Assembly: GCA_014685065.1 (NCBI GenBank) | Contig: GCA_014685065.1_4092.2 | DNA: 64,000 nt | Reading direction: 5' to 3' (one strand) | Origin: a phage | Part shown: in pieces, positions 1-9,424 of the stretch | Numbering within the stretch: the first letter of the stretch is position 1 | Layout: the number at the start of each line of letters is the position of its first letter | Program-made: the position numbers and the translations under genes | The notes under the pieces: model-generated | The model's database searches: none | Seen by the model: only the letters and a program-made list of their open reading frames with translations | What the model was told of the DNA's origin: nothing

Positions 1-9
1 TACAAAACA

Positions 10-252
10 TTGTTCAACCGAATGTACCCAAATCATCCAATTGTAGTTGTACTTTTGATTCTTTCAGTTTCTCAAATAATCGTTGAAACTACAATGGGTA
101 TCAGTAGTGTACATTATAGTTTTGGCACTATAGTAATTATTACTATGCTTATTGCATACATTTTAGTACTTGGATATGGTATCTTTGGTAATATTGGTAT
201 GAAAATGTATCATCGAATTAAAACATTACGTGATAATCTACCGGAGCGTTGA
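10..252 (+). CDS. small hydrophobic membrane protein with basic C-tail; frame open to window edge, may be 5'-truncated
   Basis: ORF track (TTG at 10, ATG at 22); hydrophobic runs; resembles 254..598 and the 6603..9383 family. Confidence 0.4.
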   Translation: MFNRMYPNHPIVVVLLILSVSQIIVETTMGISSVHYSFGTIVIITMLIAYILVLGYGIFGNIGMKMYHRIKTLRDNLPER

Positions 253-253
253 T

Positions 254-598
254 ATGTATAATTTGAACCTAATCTCATATATTATAACAACACTGTTTAC
301 ATTCTATGCCTTTGTTGGTATAATCCTACTGTACTTTAAATTTTATAAAGTGTTTAACCGTTTCTATCCTTCAATGGAGAATGAGTTTTTCTTTGTGTTG
401 TACGTATGTTACACATTAATGGCTACATGTTTCACTGTAGCCGATGGTGTCATCGGCATTAAAACTGCTTCCCCAAATGGTAGTACGCTGGTTGCATTTA
501 TTCTTACTGGATTCCTTGCAACTTATATTGCCTTCATTACAACATGGTCAGTGGTTGAATTTCTCTTGCGACTACGAAAGAATATGCCGAATCGATAG
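254..598 (+). CDS. small membrane protein paralog
   Basis: ATG at 254 one nt after previous stop; hydrophobic; C-terminal LRLRKNMPNR basic tail like 7282..7629. Confidence 0.5.
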   Translation: MYNLNLISYIITTLFTFYAFVGIILLYFKFYKVFNRFYPSMENEFFFVLYVCYTLMATCFTVADGVIGIKTASPNGSTLVAFILTGFLATYIAFITTWSVVEFLLRLRKNMPNR

Positions 599-607
599 GA
601 GACATAT

Positions 608-862
608 ATGTTTGCGTTGCGTAATAAAAACACTAAAGAATTATTATGTATTGATACCGTATGGGATTGTGCGGGATCAACTACAGTTCTTGAAGAAGGA
701 ACTGGATATTGCGTGTTTGTTGTACATGATAGGAATGAACTCGAATTATTACTTGCTGAGTTCAATGCTGGTGGTAATCCTAACTGTACTGAATACCCTG
801 AGATTATCAATCCAGCACCACCAGGCTCTTATGAAATTCTACAACTGTGGGAGTTGAAGTAA
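608..862 (+). CDS. hypothetical protein
   Basis: ORF track; SD-like GGAGA upstream. Confidence 0.5.
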   Translation: MFALRNKNTKELLCIDTVWDCAGSTTVLEEGTGYCVFVVHDRNELELLLAEFNAGGNPNCTEYPEIINPAPPGSYEILQLWELK

Positions 863-1242
863 TGCGTCAAATGCACAAAGTAACCGAGCTAAACAAGCGT
901 CTGGTTAAACAATCAATGTTCGAGGATAAAGAGTCTTATTATAACTTTAAACGTGCAGTAGAGGCTGCTATCCACATTCAGAAGCTTAAAGAACGTGGTT
1001 GTATTATTCTGGAAAATGGTTCGGAAGTTGTAACGGATGACTTTAGTGTAGCGTTTGATGTTTCACCTGACGGGACGCTATCAATGCCCCGCTTAGGAAC
1101 TGGAAACATGACTGTTTGGGTTGGCTTCACTATGGGGAATGTACCTGGTACTGTGTACGTAGATGATGCAGAATTGAAAGACAGTTTCAAAAACTTATCT
1201 TATCTTGAACCACAATACGCACATGAAATGAATTTATTTTGA
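862..1242 (+). CDS. hypothetical protein
   Basis: TAATG overlap with previous gene; ATG at 862 inside tracked ORF 847..1242. Confidence 0.55.
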   Translation: MRQMHKVTELNKRLVKQSMFEDKESYYNFKRAVEAAIHIQKLKERGCIILENGSEVVTDDFSVAFDVSPDGTLSMPRLGTGNMTVWVGFTMGNVPGTVYVDDAELKDSFKNLSYLEPQYAHEMNLF

Positions 1243-1243
1243 G

Positions 1244-1300
1244 TTGACAAACACATTCAGTACTGTATAATGCTTATCAAGGGGATGAACTTCTCATCCC
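1244..1300 (+). promoter_or_regulatory. sigma70-like promoter (TTGACA 1244-1249, TATAAT 1266-1271, 16-bp spacer) plus leader hairpin GGGATGA-N5-TCATCCC
   Basis: hexamers and inverted repeat read directly; precedes 1319 gene. Confidence 0.55.
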
Positions 1301-1318
1301 TACAATCGAGGAACTACC

Positions 1319-1873
1319 ATGATTACTTTTAAGAAAACTGCTAACCACATCCATGAAATCTACATTAACGGTCACAAAGCTGGCCTTCTTCGTTTACTCG
1401 CCCATCACCCTGATGCTACCGTATCTGATAATGAACCTAAAGATTGGCGTGTCTTTTTCTTTGGAAAGTACAGTGATTTTCAAGTATCAAACCTGAAGAA
1501 CATTCGTTCAGTATGCACGTTAACTGAAATTAAAGAAAAGTTAGCACAAGCATTGAAAACTAATCCAGATGGTGTTCTTCCACCTGATAACTTTGTAGAG
1601 AAAGGTTATGCCTTAGCTCATTTCAAAGATGGTACTATTCAATCTATCAGTACTGAATATGAATATCATTGGACTGAGTACTTCACTTATGGTTCGAGTA
1701 ATACATTGATGGATTCACGTAGTAAATTGGAAGAAGTACTGACTCGTATGAATGAACGCGAGCGTCAGTTATATGACAAACCAGAAATGTGGAGTTCAAC
1801 TTACATTGACCGTATTGACTATGTTATTATGACTCCAATCTTTGACACTGCTTACTATGATTCTTTGAAATAA
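1319..1873 (+). CDS. hypothetical protein (184 aa)
   Basis: ORF track; SD GAGGAA 8 nt upstream. Confidence 0.65.
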   Translation: MITFKKTANHIHEIYINGHKAGLLRLLAHHPDATVSDNEPKDWRVFFFGKYSDFQVSNLKNIRSVCTLTEIKEKLAQALKTNPDGVLPPDNFVEKGYALAHFKDGTIQSISTEYEYHWTEYFTYGSSNTLMDSRSKLEEVLTRMNERERQLYDKPEMWSSTYIDRIDYVIMTPIFDTAYYDSLK

Positions 1874-1884
1874 GGATAACTTAT

Positions 1885-2061
1885 ATGAAACTACGTACTC
1901 GTAATCGACTGATGGATGCACTGTACAATGAACAGCTTTCACTGAATGAAGTGAAGCGTCAGTTAATGTACACATATCAGTTTCCCGCTCGCATTGCAAA
2001 ACAACGTGCTAAAGAATTGCTGAAAGAAGCAATCGAGTACTGGGAATCTGATTCGTACTAA
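1885..2061 (+). CDS. small hypothetical protein (58 aa)
   Basis: hand-translated ORF below the track threshold; SD AAGGA upstream. Confidence 0.4.
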   Translation: MKLRTRNRLMDALYNEQLSLNEVKRQLMYTYQFPARIAKQRAKELLKEAIEYWESDSY

Positions 2062-2100
2062 TATTACGTGATATGTCACGTTAATTAAGTGAGGCGATAA

Positions 2101-2352
2101 ATGAAAATATTATTAGTTCTAATACTACTAATAGTTTTACCATTTACTTTAGTATCCCCTGGACTTGCATGGAATGTATTTGTGTACTTAGTATGTACTA
2201 TTGTAGTAAATGGTATCTTGTTCTTAGTTCTATTCATAAATGGAATAGGACACGGTGGAGGATGGACCAGTACTGCTGATATTGTACATAAAACCACTAT
2301 GTCTTTATTTGTAATGTGGAATTTATTCTGGACTTGGTTTGTGTTCTTCTAA
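2101..2352 (+). CDS. small membrane protein
   Basis: ORF track; SD GAGG; strongly hydrophobic. Confidence 0.5.
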   Translation: MKILLVLILLIVLPFTLVSPGLAWNVFVYLVCTIVVNGILFLVLFINGIGHGGGWTSTADIVHKTTMSLFVMWNLFWTWFVFF

Positions 2353-2360
2353 TTAAAAAT

Positions 2361-2732
2361 ATGAATATAGATTTGAAAGGTGCAACACGAACTGTTATCC
2401 TCATTGGGGAATATGCTATCAAGATTCCAACCTTTAAAAGTTGGAAGCTATTCTTAACAGGGATGATAGCTAACCTCAATGAACGTTCGTGGATGCAGTA
2501 CTCCAATCGTAGTGATAGTAGTATCTGTCCTACGTTGTGGTCATCATGTACTGGACTAGTAACTGTACAGAAACGTTGTAAGCCAGTTCAACATAGGGGT
2601 TTATTTTGGGTGGAGTTGTGTGCTTTAGCATTGAATTCAGAGTTAAGTACTGACTTCTTCTATTCAGATGCGAAGCCAGAAAACTTTGGGTATCTGGGTG
2701 GTAAGTTAGTTAAACTTGATTATGGAGATTAA
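2361..2732 (+). CDS. hypothetical protein
   Basis: internal ATG of tracked ORF 2316..2732 chosen to avoid overlap. Confidence 0.5.
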   Translation: MNIDLKGATRTVILIGEYAIKIPTFKSWKLFLTGMIANLNERSWMQYSNRSDSSICPTLWSSCTGLVTVQKRCKPVQHRGLFWVELCALALNSELSTDFFYSDAKPENFGYLGGKLVKLDYGD

Positions 2733-2733
2733 T

Positions 2734-3003
2734 ATGTACGCACTGTATAATAAAGAAAAGAAACGATTTGCTAAGGTTGAAATTTCGATTGATACATTTG
2801 ATATGTTGGAGTACTGTATTGTAACTGACCTATATGCTAACTTGTATTACGTTCTTGATGACGTATCAGTACTGCAACGATTGCTTGAGAATTCCAAAAG
2901 TCAATGCCAGGGCATCCATGATGGTTCATCTTATGAAACACCTGAGTGTTCCTACGGCTATCTGGACGGGTATGAGATTGTGAAGTTGGGGATCATTGAA
3001 TAA
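2734..3003 (+). CDS. hypothetical protein
   Basis: ATG at 2734 adjacent to previous stop. Confidence 0.5.
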   Translation: MYALYNKEKKRFAKVEISIDTFDMLEYCIVTDLYANLYYVLDDVSVLQRLLENSKSQCQGIHDGSSYETPECSYGYLDGYEIVKLGIIE

Positions 3004-3009
3004 AGAAAA

Positions 3010-3042
3010 GGGTTGACTTCGGTCAGCCCTTTTTGCTATAAT
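3010..3042 (+). terminator. terminator hairpin GGGTTGAC-TTCG-GTCAGCCC + T5 whose arm and tail also spell TTGACT-N18-TATAAT (dual terminator/promoter element, copy 1)
   Basis: read directly; one G-U wobble in stem; UUCG loop. Confidence 0.6.
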
Positions 3043-3070
3043 TATTTCATCAAGACGAGAGGATGAATAC

Positions 3071-3586
3071 ATGACACGCATTAACTTAGTACACGTTAAA
3101 GAACTTGCTGACCAACATCTGATGGCTGAATATCGTGAACTCCCACGTGTATTTGGTGCTGTACAAAAACACGTTCAAGCACGTAAGCGTGTACGTGATT
3201 TCAAAATTAACAGTACTTATCTGTTAGGTTCAGGTCATGTGACATTCTTTTACGACAAGTTGCTGTACTTACAGAAGCGTCATATCGATATTGTTAACGA
3301 ATGTTTGCGTCGTGGTATGAAGATTCAAAACACTGAAGTAAACGACATTAGCGGCTTCCCTGCTGAGTTTTGTAATGACTACGTACCAACGGAGTCAGAG
3401 ATTAAAATGTCTCGTGATCGTTTGATTGAGAAGCTCCAGATGAAGCCTACGTGGTATAAGTTTACTGATGTTGAATGTCCACAGTACGTTAAAGATATGC
3501 AGAACGTAAGTAGTAAGAACGAATCTAGTACTGATATGTTCGACGAAATTGAAGAACAAATCAAAGATGAAATGAATAATTATTAA
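3071..3586 (+). CDS. denV: pyrimidine-dimer DNA glycosylase / endonuclease V
   Basis: N-terminal ~130 aa align with T4 DenV as I recall it ([50 protein letters not shown]); extra acidic C-tail. Confidence 0.85.
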   Translation: MTRINLVHVKELADQHLMAEYRELPRVFGAVQKHVQARKRVRDFKINSTYLLGSGHVTFFYDKLLYLQKRHIDIVNECLRRGMKIQNTEVNDISGFPAEFCNDYVPTESEIKMSRDRLIEKLQMKPTWYKFTDVECPQYVKDMQNVSSKNESSTDMFDEIEEQIKDEMNNY

Positions 3587-3624
3587 AGGAAAGGGTTGAC
3601 TTCGGTTACACAAAGGAACATAAC

Positions 3625-3819
3625 ATGTTATTAGTATATTCAAAGCGTTTCTGGATTTCTTTTATTGTACTATCGCTAATCGGCTTCGGTTTGAGTATAC
3701 TCTTTTCGTGGGATGAATTGGGTACATGGTATTATGAAGTCCCGTGGTACATGAAGATAGCTCCTTGTTATGCGGCATTGTTCGTGTCATTCCTTATTGT
3801 TGTCTTCAGCGAGGATTAG
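3625..3819 (+). CDS. small membrane protein
   Basis: ORF track; hydrophobic. Confidence 0.45.
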   Translation: MLLVYSKRFWISFIVLSLIGFGLSILFSWDELGTWYYEVPWYMKIAPCYAALFVSFLIVVFSED

Positions 3820-3870
3820 TTGATGTAGTATGTGCTACACCAAAGTATTTGGATATTTTAGATATAAACA

Positions 3871-3899
3871 TTGACACCTGTTCTATCTTTCTGTATTAT
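3871..3899 (+). promoter_or_regulatory. sigma70-like promoter TTGACA-N17-TATTAT
   Basis: read directly; precedes 3926 gene. Confidence 0.5.
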
Positions 3900-3925
3900 G
3901 TACATCACCAAATGAGGAATACAAC

Positions 3926-4285
3926 ATGGCATCTTTAAGTGAAATCGCAGAATACAACCCACTAACAATCTCAACAATTCAACGTACAAAAACTTTTTAT
4001 TTCCGTCCTGCTGATGGATGGAAACGTGGAATGAATGGTGACTATCGAGTACTGGAAGATTCACTAATCGAGCGTATCAACTCTGAACTACAGAAGTATG
4101 AAGGTGTTAAAGTTGTGCGTTCAACTTCTCGTTATTTTGAGTACTACATTGAGTCTTCAACTGTAAATGAAAACTCATCATTCTCGGTGGACAACACTGA
4201 TATTCTTCGTAATGCTGTTGGTCTTTTATGCAGGATTGCAGAAGAAATTGGATTAACTATCACCACAATGAGTGAGTTAGAATAA
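3926..4285 (+). CDS. hypothetical protein
   Basis: ORF track; SD GAGGAA. Confidence 0.6.
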   Translation: MASLSEIAEYNPLTISTIQRTKTFYFRPADGWKRGMNGDYRVLEDSLIERINSELQKYEGVKVVRSTSRYFEYYIESSTVNENSSFSVDNTDILRNAVGLLCRIAEEIGLTITTMSELE

Positions 4286-4291
4286 CATAAA

Positions 4292-4324
4292 GGGTTGACT
4301 TCGGTCAGCCCTTTTTGCTATAAT
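4292..4324 (+). terminator. terminator/promoter dual element, copy 2
   Basis: GGGTTGACTTCGGTCAGCCCTTTTTGCTATAAT. Confidence 0.6.
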
Positions 4325-4350
4325 TATTTCATCAACACAAGAGGTAACAA

Positions 4351-4587
4351 ATGAAACTATCTTTTATACGATTAGCTGAATTCTTCGGTACTGATGTAAT
4401 TACTTTACAACAAATTGCAGATAATACTTCATTAAGTACACAAGAAGTACTTGACTTAGATGTAATTCAGTGCGATAATACTTCCATCGATTTCAAAGAA
4501 GGTCTTGTCGAAAAAGATAAGATTAAAGCTAAGATTAATGGTGCTGGGCGGGTTCAGTACTGGAAAGGAGTATTAAGTAATGTTTGA
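4351..4587 (+). CDS. hypothetical protein
   Basis: ORF track; SD GAGG. Confidence 0.5.
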   Translation: MKLSFIRLAEFFGTDVITLQQIADNTSLSTQEVLDLDVIQCDNTSIDFKEGLVEKDKIKAKINGAGRVQYWKGVLSNV

Positions 4588-5698
4588 ACAGTATTATTTA
4601 AATGAAGATGGTGAAAAAGTTTATTTTCATGAAGAACTTGGTATGCGTTTTGAATGGATGAAGCCTGAAGATATAAAAAGGGTTTCAAAAGGACTCACTG
4701 CTAAGGATCATGTTGATGACATAGAAGCAAAATTAAAAAACAAAGATATTGACAATATTACTATTATTGGATTATCAGTTAAATCATCACGTGAGTTTGG
4801 TAAAAACGGAAATAGTAATAACAATTTACTGATTATGTATAATGGGGTATTGTATGATAATTATAAAATAACTGGTTTAAAAACAAAGCTTGAAAAAATA
4901 ACAAACAATAAATTCAAGCCATCATTTACCTATACAGATGAAAATTATTATTACTATGTAACCAAATTGGGTTCTCTTGAGGAAAGAGGATGCTATATAT
5001 ATGAAAATGAACATTTAGACAATGGGATAATGTCATATATTAAATTCACATATTCCGATGGATTTACACAACCACGAAGAATAAATGATATAATTACAAA
5101 AACATCAATGAACGTTAGATATTTTATAACACCTGAAATGCGTGAAACAATTGCTAACACACGCTGTAATGAACTAGGATATACATTAAAAGAAGTTTAC
5201 AAGAAATCAAATGGTCGTTATTATGTAAAATATATATGTGATAAAGGACACGAGTGTAATCAAGACTATTATGCGTTTACTAGTAAACAAGCACAAAAGT
5301 GTGGATGCTGTTCCCAATTAGAAACACACTCATTTGGTCATAATGATTGTAAAGAGTTTTTGAGAGGAATGTTTGTTACTGAAAGAGAGAAAACATTTCC
5401 TGATTTAAAAAATAAATCAAAACTTCCATATGATTTTTATATTCGTGATATTAATACGTTATTTGAATATGATGGTAGTAATCACTTTGAAGAACGTGAA
5501 TCAGGATGGGGAAACGGACTTATGAGGAAAAAACACGATAAAATCAAAACAGAATACGCAATAAAAAATGGATATAACTTCATTCGTATTGCGTATTATG
5601 AAGACCATATTGGAGCATTGAAATCTTTCCTTAAACTCATTGAAGAGAATCCAGGAAAGCAAATCGTGCAGATCTATGGTGAAGTACAAATTATCTAA
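4580..5698 (+). CDS. putative endonuclease with C-terminal Vsr/DUF559-like PD-(D/E)XK domain and Cys/His cluster; very AT-rich
   Basis: motifs PYDFYI..LFEYDGSNHFE..RKKHDKIKTEYAIKNGYNFIRI; CDKGHEC..CGCC; SD GGAAAGGAG. Confidence 0.55.
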   Translation: MFEQYYLNEDGEKVYFHEELGMRFEWMKPEDIKRVSKGLTAKDHVDDIEAKLKNKDIDNITIIGLSVKSSREFGKNGNSNNNLLIMYNGVLYDNYKITGLKTKLEKITNNKFKPSFTYTDENYYYYVTKLGSLEERGCYIYENEHLDNGIMSYIKFTYSDGFTQPRRINDIITKTSMNVRYFITPEMRETIANTRCNELGYTLKEVYKKSNGRYYVKYICDKGHECNQDYYAFTSKQAQKCGCCSQLETHSFGHNDCKEFLRGMFVTEREKTFPDLKNKSKLPYDFYIRDINTLFEYDGSNHFEERESGWGNGLMRKKHDKIKTEYAIKNGYNFIRIAYYEDHIGALKSFLKLIEENPGKQIVQIYGEVQII

Positions 5699-5705
5699 AA
5701 CAAAA

Positions 5706-5738
5706 GGGTTGACTTCGGTCAGCCCTTTTTGCTATAAT
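5706..5738 (+). terminator. terminator/promoter dual element, copy 3
   Basis: GGGTTGACTTCGGTCAGCCCTTTTTGCTATAAT. Confidence 0.6.
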
Positions 5739-5766
5739 CATTTCATCAACTGAAGAGGGTAAAGAA

Positions 5767-6537
5767 ATGACCAGAGAAGCACGCAGCATTCAAATTCAGA
5801 AAAACTTCAACTCCATGATGGTTGCTCTTGAGTGTTTGCTCGATGATAGCAGTACTGTAAAAAGTATGGTTGTCAGTGGTGCTCCTGGTGTTGGTAAGAC
5901 TTACACCTTGTCCCAACGTCTCCAGAAGGCTCATGACGCAGCAGAATGGAACGTAGCTACTATCAGTGGTAAGATGACTACACTGGCTCTGTACGAAGTT
6001 CTGTACAAGAATCGTCACAGCACCAACGTGTTAGTACTGGATGATATGGACAGCATCTTTGATTCTGAAGACGGTATGAACCTGCTCAAAGCTGTTTTGG
6101 ATAGTGGTAAGCGTACTGTATCTTATATGACTAGCTCTAAGTACTTGAGCACTAACGGCATTCCTAATAGCTTTGATTTTAATGGTCGCATCGTATTCAT
6201 TACTAACAAAGATTTAGCGTTAGATGCTAAAGCTAAAACTAAAATGTCTGCTCATTATGCTGCTCTTATGTCTCGTTCTGTGTACGTGGATTTACAGATT
6301 CAGACTAAAAGTGATATCATGATTCATATTGAAAATGTAATGACTAAGACTAATATTCTTGCATCTAAAGGTGTTAACAGTAACGGTAGTAAAGCAATTC
6401 TGAATTGGATGTTGAAGCACGAAGATTCTCTTCGTTCACCTTCACTGCGTATGCCACTGTTGATTTCGGCAGTATATAACAACAACCCATACGATTGGGA
6501 AGAACAGTGCGAAAACTTGTTCCTTGAAAAAATTTAA
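5767..6537 (+). CDS. P-loop NTPase (AAA-like ATPase)
   Basis: Walker A GAPGVGKT, Walker B VLVLDDMD. Confidence 0.7.
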   Translation: MTREARSIQIQKNFNSMMVALECLLDDSSTVKSMVVSGAPGVGKTYTLSQRLQKAHDAAEWNVATISGKMTTLALYEVLYKNRHSTNVLVLDDMDSIFDSEDGMNLLKAVLDSGKRTVSYMTSSKYLSTNGIPNSFDFNGRIVFITNKDLALDAKAKTKMSAHYAALMSRSVYVDLQIQTKSDIMIHIENVMTKTNILASKGVNSNGSKAILNWMLKHEDSLRSPSLRMPLLISAVYNNNPYDWEEQCENLFLEKI

Positions 6538-6602
6538 TTCAATATTGACAGTACTAACAATGTGTAGTACTATAACAAAAGTTTAATCACTGGAGACACC
6601 CA

Positions 6603-6944
6603 ATGCGTGAGTTTTTTGAATCTAATATAATGCTTGGTATTACACTGATATACATGTTTGTATTCTTGTTTTATCATTCAATTGTAATTAGTCTTTGGTA
6701 TTTTAAAAGGAAAGTTGTTTTTAAATTGTATTCGTATGATAATGTATTCTTAGTTGTATATAGCATTATACAAGGTGGGTTTATTTTATTTGGTGTGATG
6801 ACATATGTGATTTACATGTTACAAATTGATAACACACCACACATTACACAATATGTTGTGTTTTCAGGACTAATCGTCTGGTTATTGGTGTGTACTATGT
6901 ACTTTATTATTAAAGCTCGTAATAACTTTAAATGGGGATTCTAA
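6603..6944 (+). CDS. small membrane protein paralog
   Basis: ORF track; near-duplicate of 6944..7282. Confidence 0.55.
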   Translation: MREFFESNIMLGITLIYMFVFLFYHSIVISLWYFKRKVVFKLYSYDNVFLVVYSIIQGGFILFGVMTYVIYMLQIDNTPHITQYVVFSGLIVWLLVCTMYFIIKARNNFKWGF

Positions 6945-7282
6945 TGTTAGAATTTTTTAAATCAGATACAATGATTAGTATTACTTTGATTTATCTGTTT
7001 GGTTTTTTCTTTTATCATGCACTAGTTGTAGTACTATGGTATTTTAAAAAGAAAATTGTTTTTAAACTGTATCCAGTGAGGAATTCATCACTAGTTCTTT
7101 ACACACTTGTTCAAGGTTTGTTTGCAATTGTTGGTCTTATGGCACACTTAATTTATTGTGCTAATCCTCACTTGAACTCAATCTCACAATATATTGTATT
7201 CTTTGGGTTGTTCATTTGGTTAGTTGTATACTTAATCCATCTCATTATTCATGGTAGAGATAAAATTCGCGGAGACTTCTAA
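6944..7282 (+). CDS. small membrane protein paralog
   Basis: TAATG overlap; WYFKKKIVFKLY motif shared with 6603 gene. Confidence 0.55.
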   Translation: MLEFFKSDTMISITLIYLFGFFFYHALVVVLWYFKKKIVFKLYPVRNSSLVLYTLVQGLFAIVGLMAHLIYCANPHLNSISQYIVFFGLFIWLVVYLIHLIIHGRDKIRGDF

Positions 7283-7629
7283 TGTTTGAAGCTTATCTTG
7301 AGTTTTTAAGGAGTAGTCCAGTTGCACATTCACTTGCAGGGATTATTCTAACAACTTATGTATCATTTTGGGTAGTTATGTTTCTAGGATGGTATTTTAA
7401 ACGACAATTCTATAAACGTAATGGTGAAGATTTTATGAATTCTGTCATTAATCAATCGTTGTTTGCATCAACATTGATTGCATGTATTGTAGCAACACTC
7501 ACAGGAAAGGTACTACCAGCTTTTTCCGCAGTTTACGGCACACTTGGGATGATATGTTTAACTTTTATATTGACCATTAAAATTTGTTGTGTTATGATTG
7601 AACTTCGAAATAAGATACCGGAGGAATGA
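7282..7629 (+). CDS. small membrane protein paralog
   Basis: TAATG overlap; hydrophobic; WYFKRQ motif. Confidence 0.5.
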   Translation: MFEAYLEFLRSSPVAHSLAGIILTTYVSFWVVMFLGWYFKRQFYKRNGEDFMNSVINQSLFASTLIACIVATLTGKVLPAFSAVYGTLGMICLTFILTIKICCVMIELRNKIPEE

Positions 7630-7964
7630 TGGAGTACTTTATTGATTTACTGCCGTGGTATATGAAAGTTAGTACTTTGTACTATATTATTAGTGCTGGA
7701 TTCTACTTTCTGATGTGGTTCTTCAAACGACCAATTTCAGTATTCATCGCTGATAACATGCTGCAATTAAAATTACACGCATGGTTTGGTATGGCGATGA
7801 TTATGCCTATTATTCACTACTCAATGATTAGTAGAGGTTTCCGTTCTAATGGTGAACCAATTGTATTAGTATTCTATTGGGGTTCAACTATTGCATATGT
7901 AAGTTTGTTGTTGTTCCCAGTCGTTCATAAATTACGTGCTAAAGTTCCTGATGCGAGGTACTAA
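7626..7964 (+). CDS. small membrane protein paralog
   Basis: ATGATG overlap; hydrophobic; WFFKRP motif. Confidence 0.5.
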   Translation: MMEYFIDLLPWYMKVSTLYYIISAGFYFLMWFFKRPISVFIADNMLQLKLHAWFGMAMIMPIIHYSMISRGFRSNGEPIVLVFYWGSTIAYVSLLLFPVVHKLRAKVPDARY

Positions 7965-8278
7965 TGGATATCGTAACATTGATTTACACGTTGTATTCAT
8001 TCTATTTCATTATGTGTTGGGTTGGATTTTTATTTGTACTGAAGATGTTTGATTATGTTGAAAAACAGATAAAAGAATTTTGTATTCCTTTTATTGGGTC
8101 AACCATTATTAGTATTACTTGTTTGTATTATTTGGTATGTGATCCACCTGATAATACAGCAATGATTGACTTGATGTTACTACCAACAACTGTTACTTTT
8201 TTATGTAGTCTGATGCCGCCGATTAGCCGTGGACTAACAGAATTTAGACGCAATCAAAAGCGTAAACGAGGGATGTAA
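7964..8278 (+). CDS. small membrane protein paralog
   Basis: TAATG overlap; hydrophobic. Confidence 0.5.
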   Translation: MDIVTLIYTLYSFYFIMCWVGFLFVLKMFDYVEKQIKEFCIPFIGSTIISITCLYYLVCDPPDNTAMIDLMLLPTTVTFLCSLMPPISRGLTEFRRNQKRKRGM

Positions 8279-8646
8279 TGGAAATTGCTCTTATTATCTT
8301 AACTGCTATGCTGTTTATTAGTACTGTGGTTATAATTGGTAAATTCTTTTGTGTATCATTTTTAGAAACGGTATACGATGAAATTGCTGATGATTATGAA
8401 TTACAAGCCGGATTTTTCATTACGTATTGGCTTAGTTTATTTTGTCTAGTCATTGCTTGGATTTTACATATCTTTAAATGGGGTATGGTAGACGGTGATC
8501 CTATTATGGCAATTATTGTTCTAGTGTTTGGTATCCTTGGTGGTGCAGTGCATAATCTAATGGTTATCTGGCAAACTGTTCAATATGTTTTGGTTCCCTA
8601 TTTCGAAAAGATGCACAGTACAATTAAAAAACGTAAACGAGGTTAG
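8278..8646 (+). CDS. small membrane protein paralog
   Basis: TAATG overlap; hydrophobic. Confidence 0.5.
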   Translation: MEIALIILTAMLFISTVVIIGKFFCVSFLETVYDEIADDYELQAGFFITYWLSLFCLVIAWILHIFKWGMVDGDPIMAIIVLVFGILGGAVHNLMVIWQTVQYVLVPYFEKMHSTIKKRKRG

Positions 8647-8647
8647 T

Positions 8648-9010
8648 ATGAACGGGATAGAATTATCTTTCGTTGGTCAATTACTAGTAATGGCGTATAC
8701 ATTTATCTTCTCACTGAATGCATTCGTGTGCATTGGGAAGTACTTCCATAAGCGACCATTATCAAATATATATGATGTAATCCAAAAGAGATATAGTCCA
8801 GCATATACTGTGTTGGGTACAGTATTCAATTTTGGTTTTATTGTATTAATAATTGGACTGTTCACATCCTCTTTGAATACAATAACCTTCGGTCTTATGA
8901 TATGTTCATTGGTATTAGCCGTAATTATATGTTGTTTAGTACTGCACCTTGTGGTACTATTGTATATAAAGATCTCTGAAATCCACCAACGTTTGGGTAT
9001 GAGGAAATAA
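8648..9010 (+). CDS. small membrane protein paralog
   Basis: ATG at 8648 after previous stop; hydrophobic. Confidence 0.5.
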   Translation: MNGIELSFVGQLLVMAYTFIFSLNAFVCIGKYFHKRPLSNIYDVIQKRYSPAYTVLGTVFNFGFIVLIIGLFTSSLNTITFGLMICSLVLAVIICCLVLHLVVLLYIKISEIHQRLGMRK

Positions 9011-9011
9011 T

Positions 9012-9383
9012 ATGAGTTACCGTGAGATATTTTCCATTATTTCAATTATTATGTTCAGTACTGGAACACTGGTATGGTTATTATACTTCTTCTGTATTAA
9101 TCCAGTGTATAATATGTTATGTAATATTAAATCAAGTGCCGGATATATCACTTTTATGGTCTTTATGGGATATTATTGTCTAAGCATTTTAGGTGTTGTT
9201 TTGGTTGTTATATTTGATGTGGGACCAAATAGTGATGGTATGGAAATACATGAATTAATAACCATGTTTGGATGTATGATACCAACAGCACTACTGTTTG
9301 TAGCTACTGGTAGTGGATTGATAAAATTATATAATTATTTAAAATCCATTCATAATTCCATTCATAATAAGCGTATGTCATAA
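9012..9383 (+). CDS. small membrane protein paralog
   Basis: ORF track; hydrophobic. Confidence 0.5.
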   Translation: MSYREIFSIISIIMFSTGTLVWLLYFFCINPVYNMLCNIKSSAGYITFMVFMGYYCLSILGVVLVVIFDVGPNSDGMEIHELITMFGCMIPTALLFVATGSGLIKLYNYLKSIHNSIHNKRMS

Positions 9384-9424
9384 TAAAAATCCAGTACTTA
9401 ATAGTACTGGATGTATAAGGAGTT

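Noticed and set aside
523-6018. Short antisense ORFs (523..810, 978..1190, 1796..1999, 2085..2297, 2297..2506, 3379..3643, 3858..4064, 5501..5689, 5746..6018)
   Set aside because: They lie antisense to or overlap better-supported plus-strand genes, lack SD sequences, and break the strand-consistent gene order.
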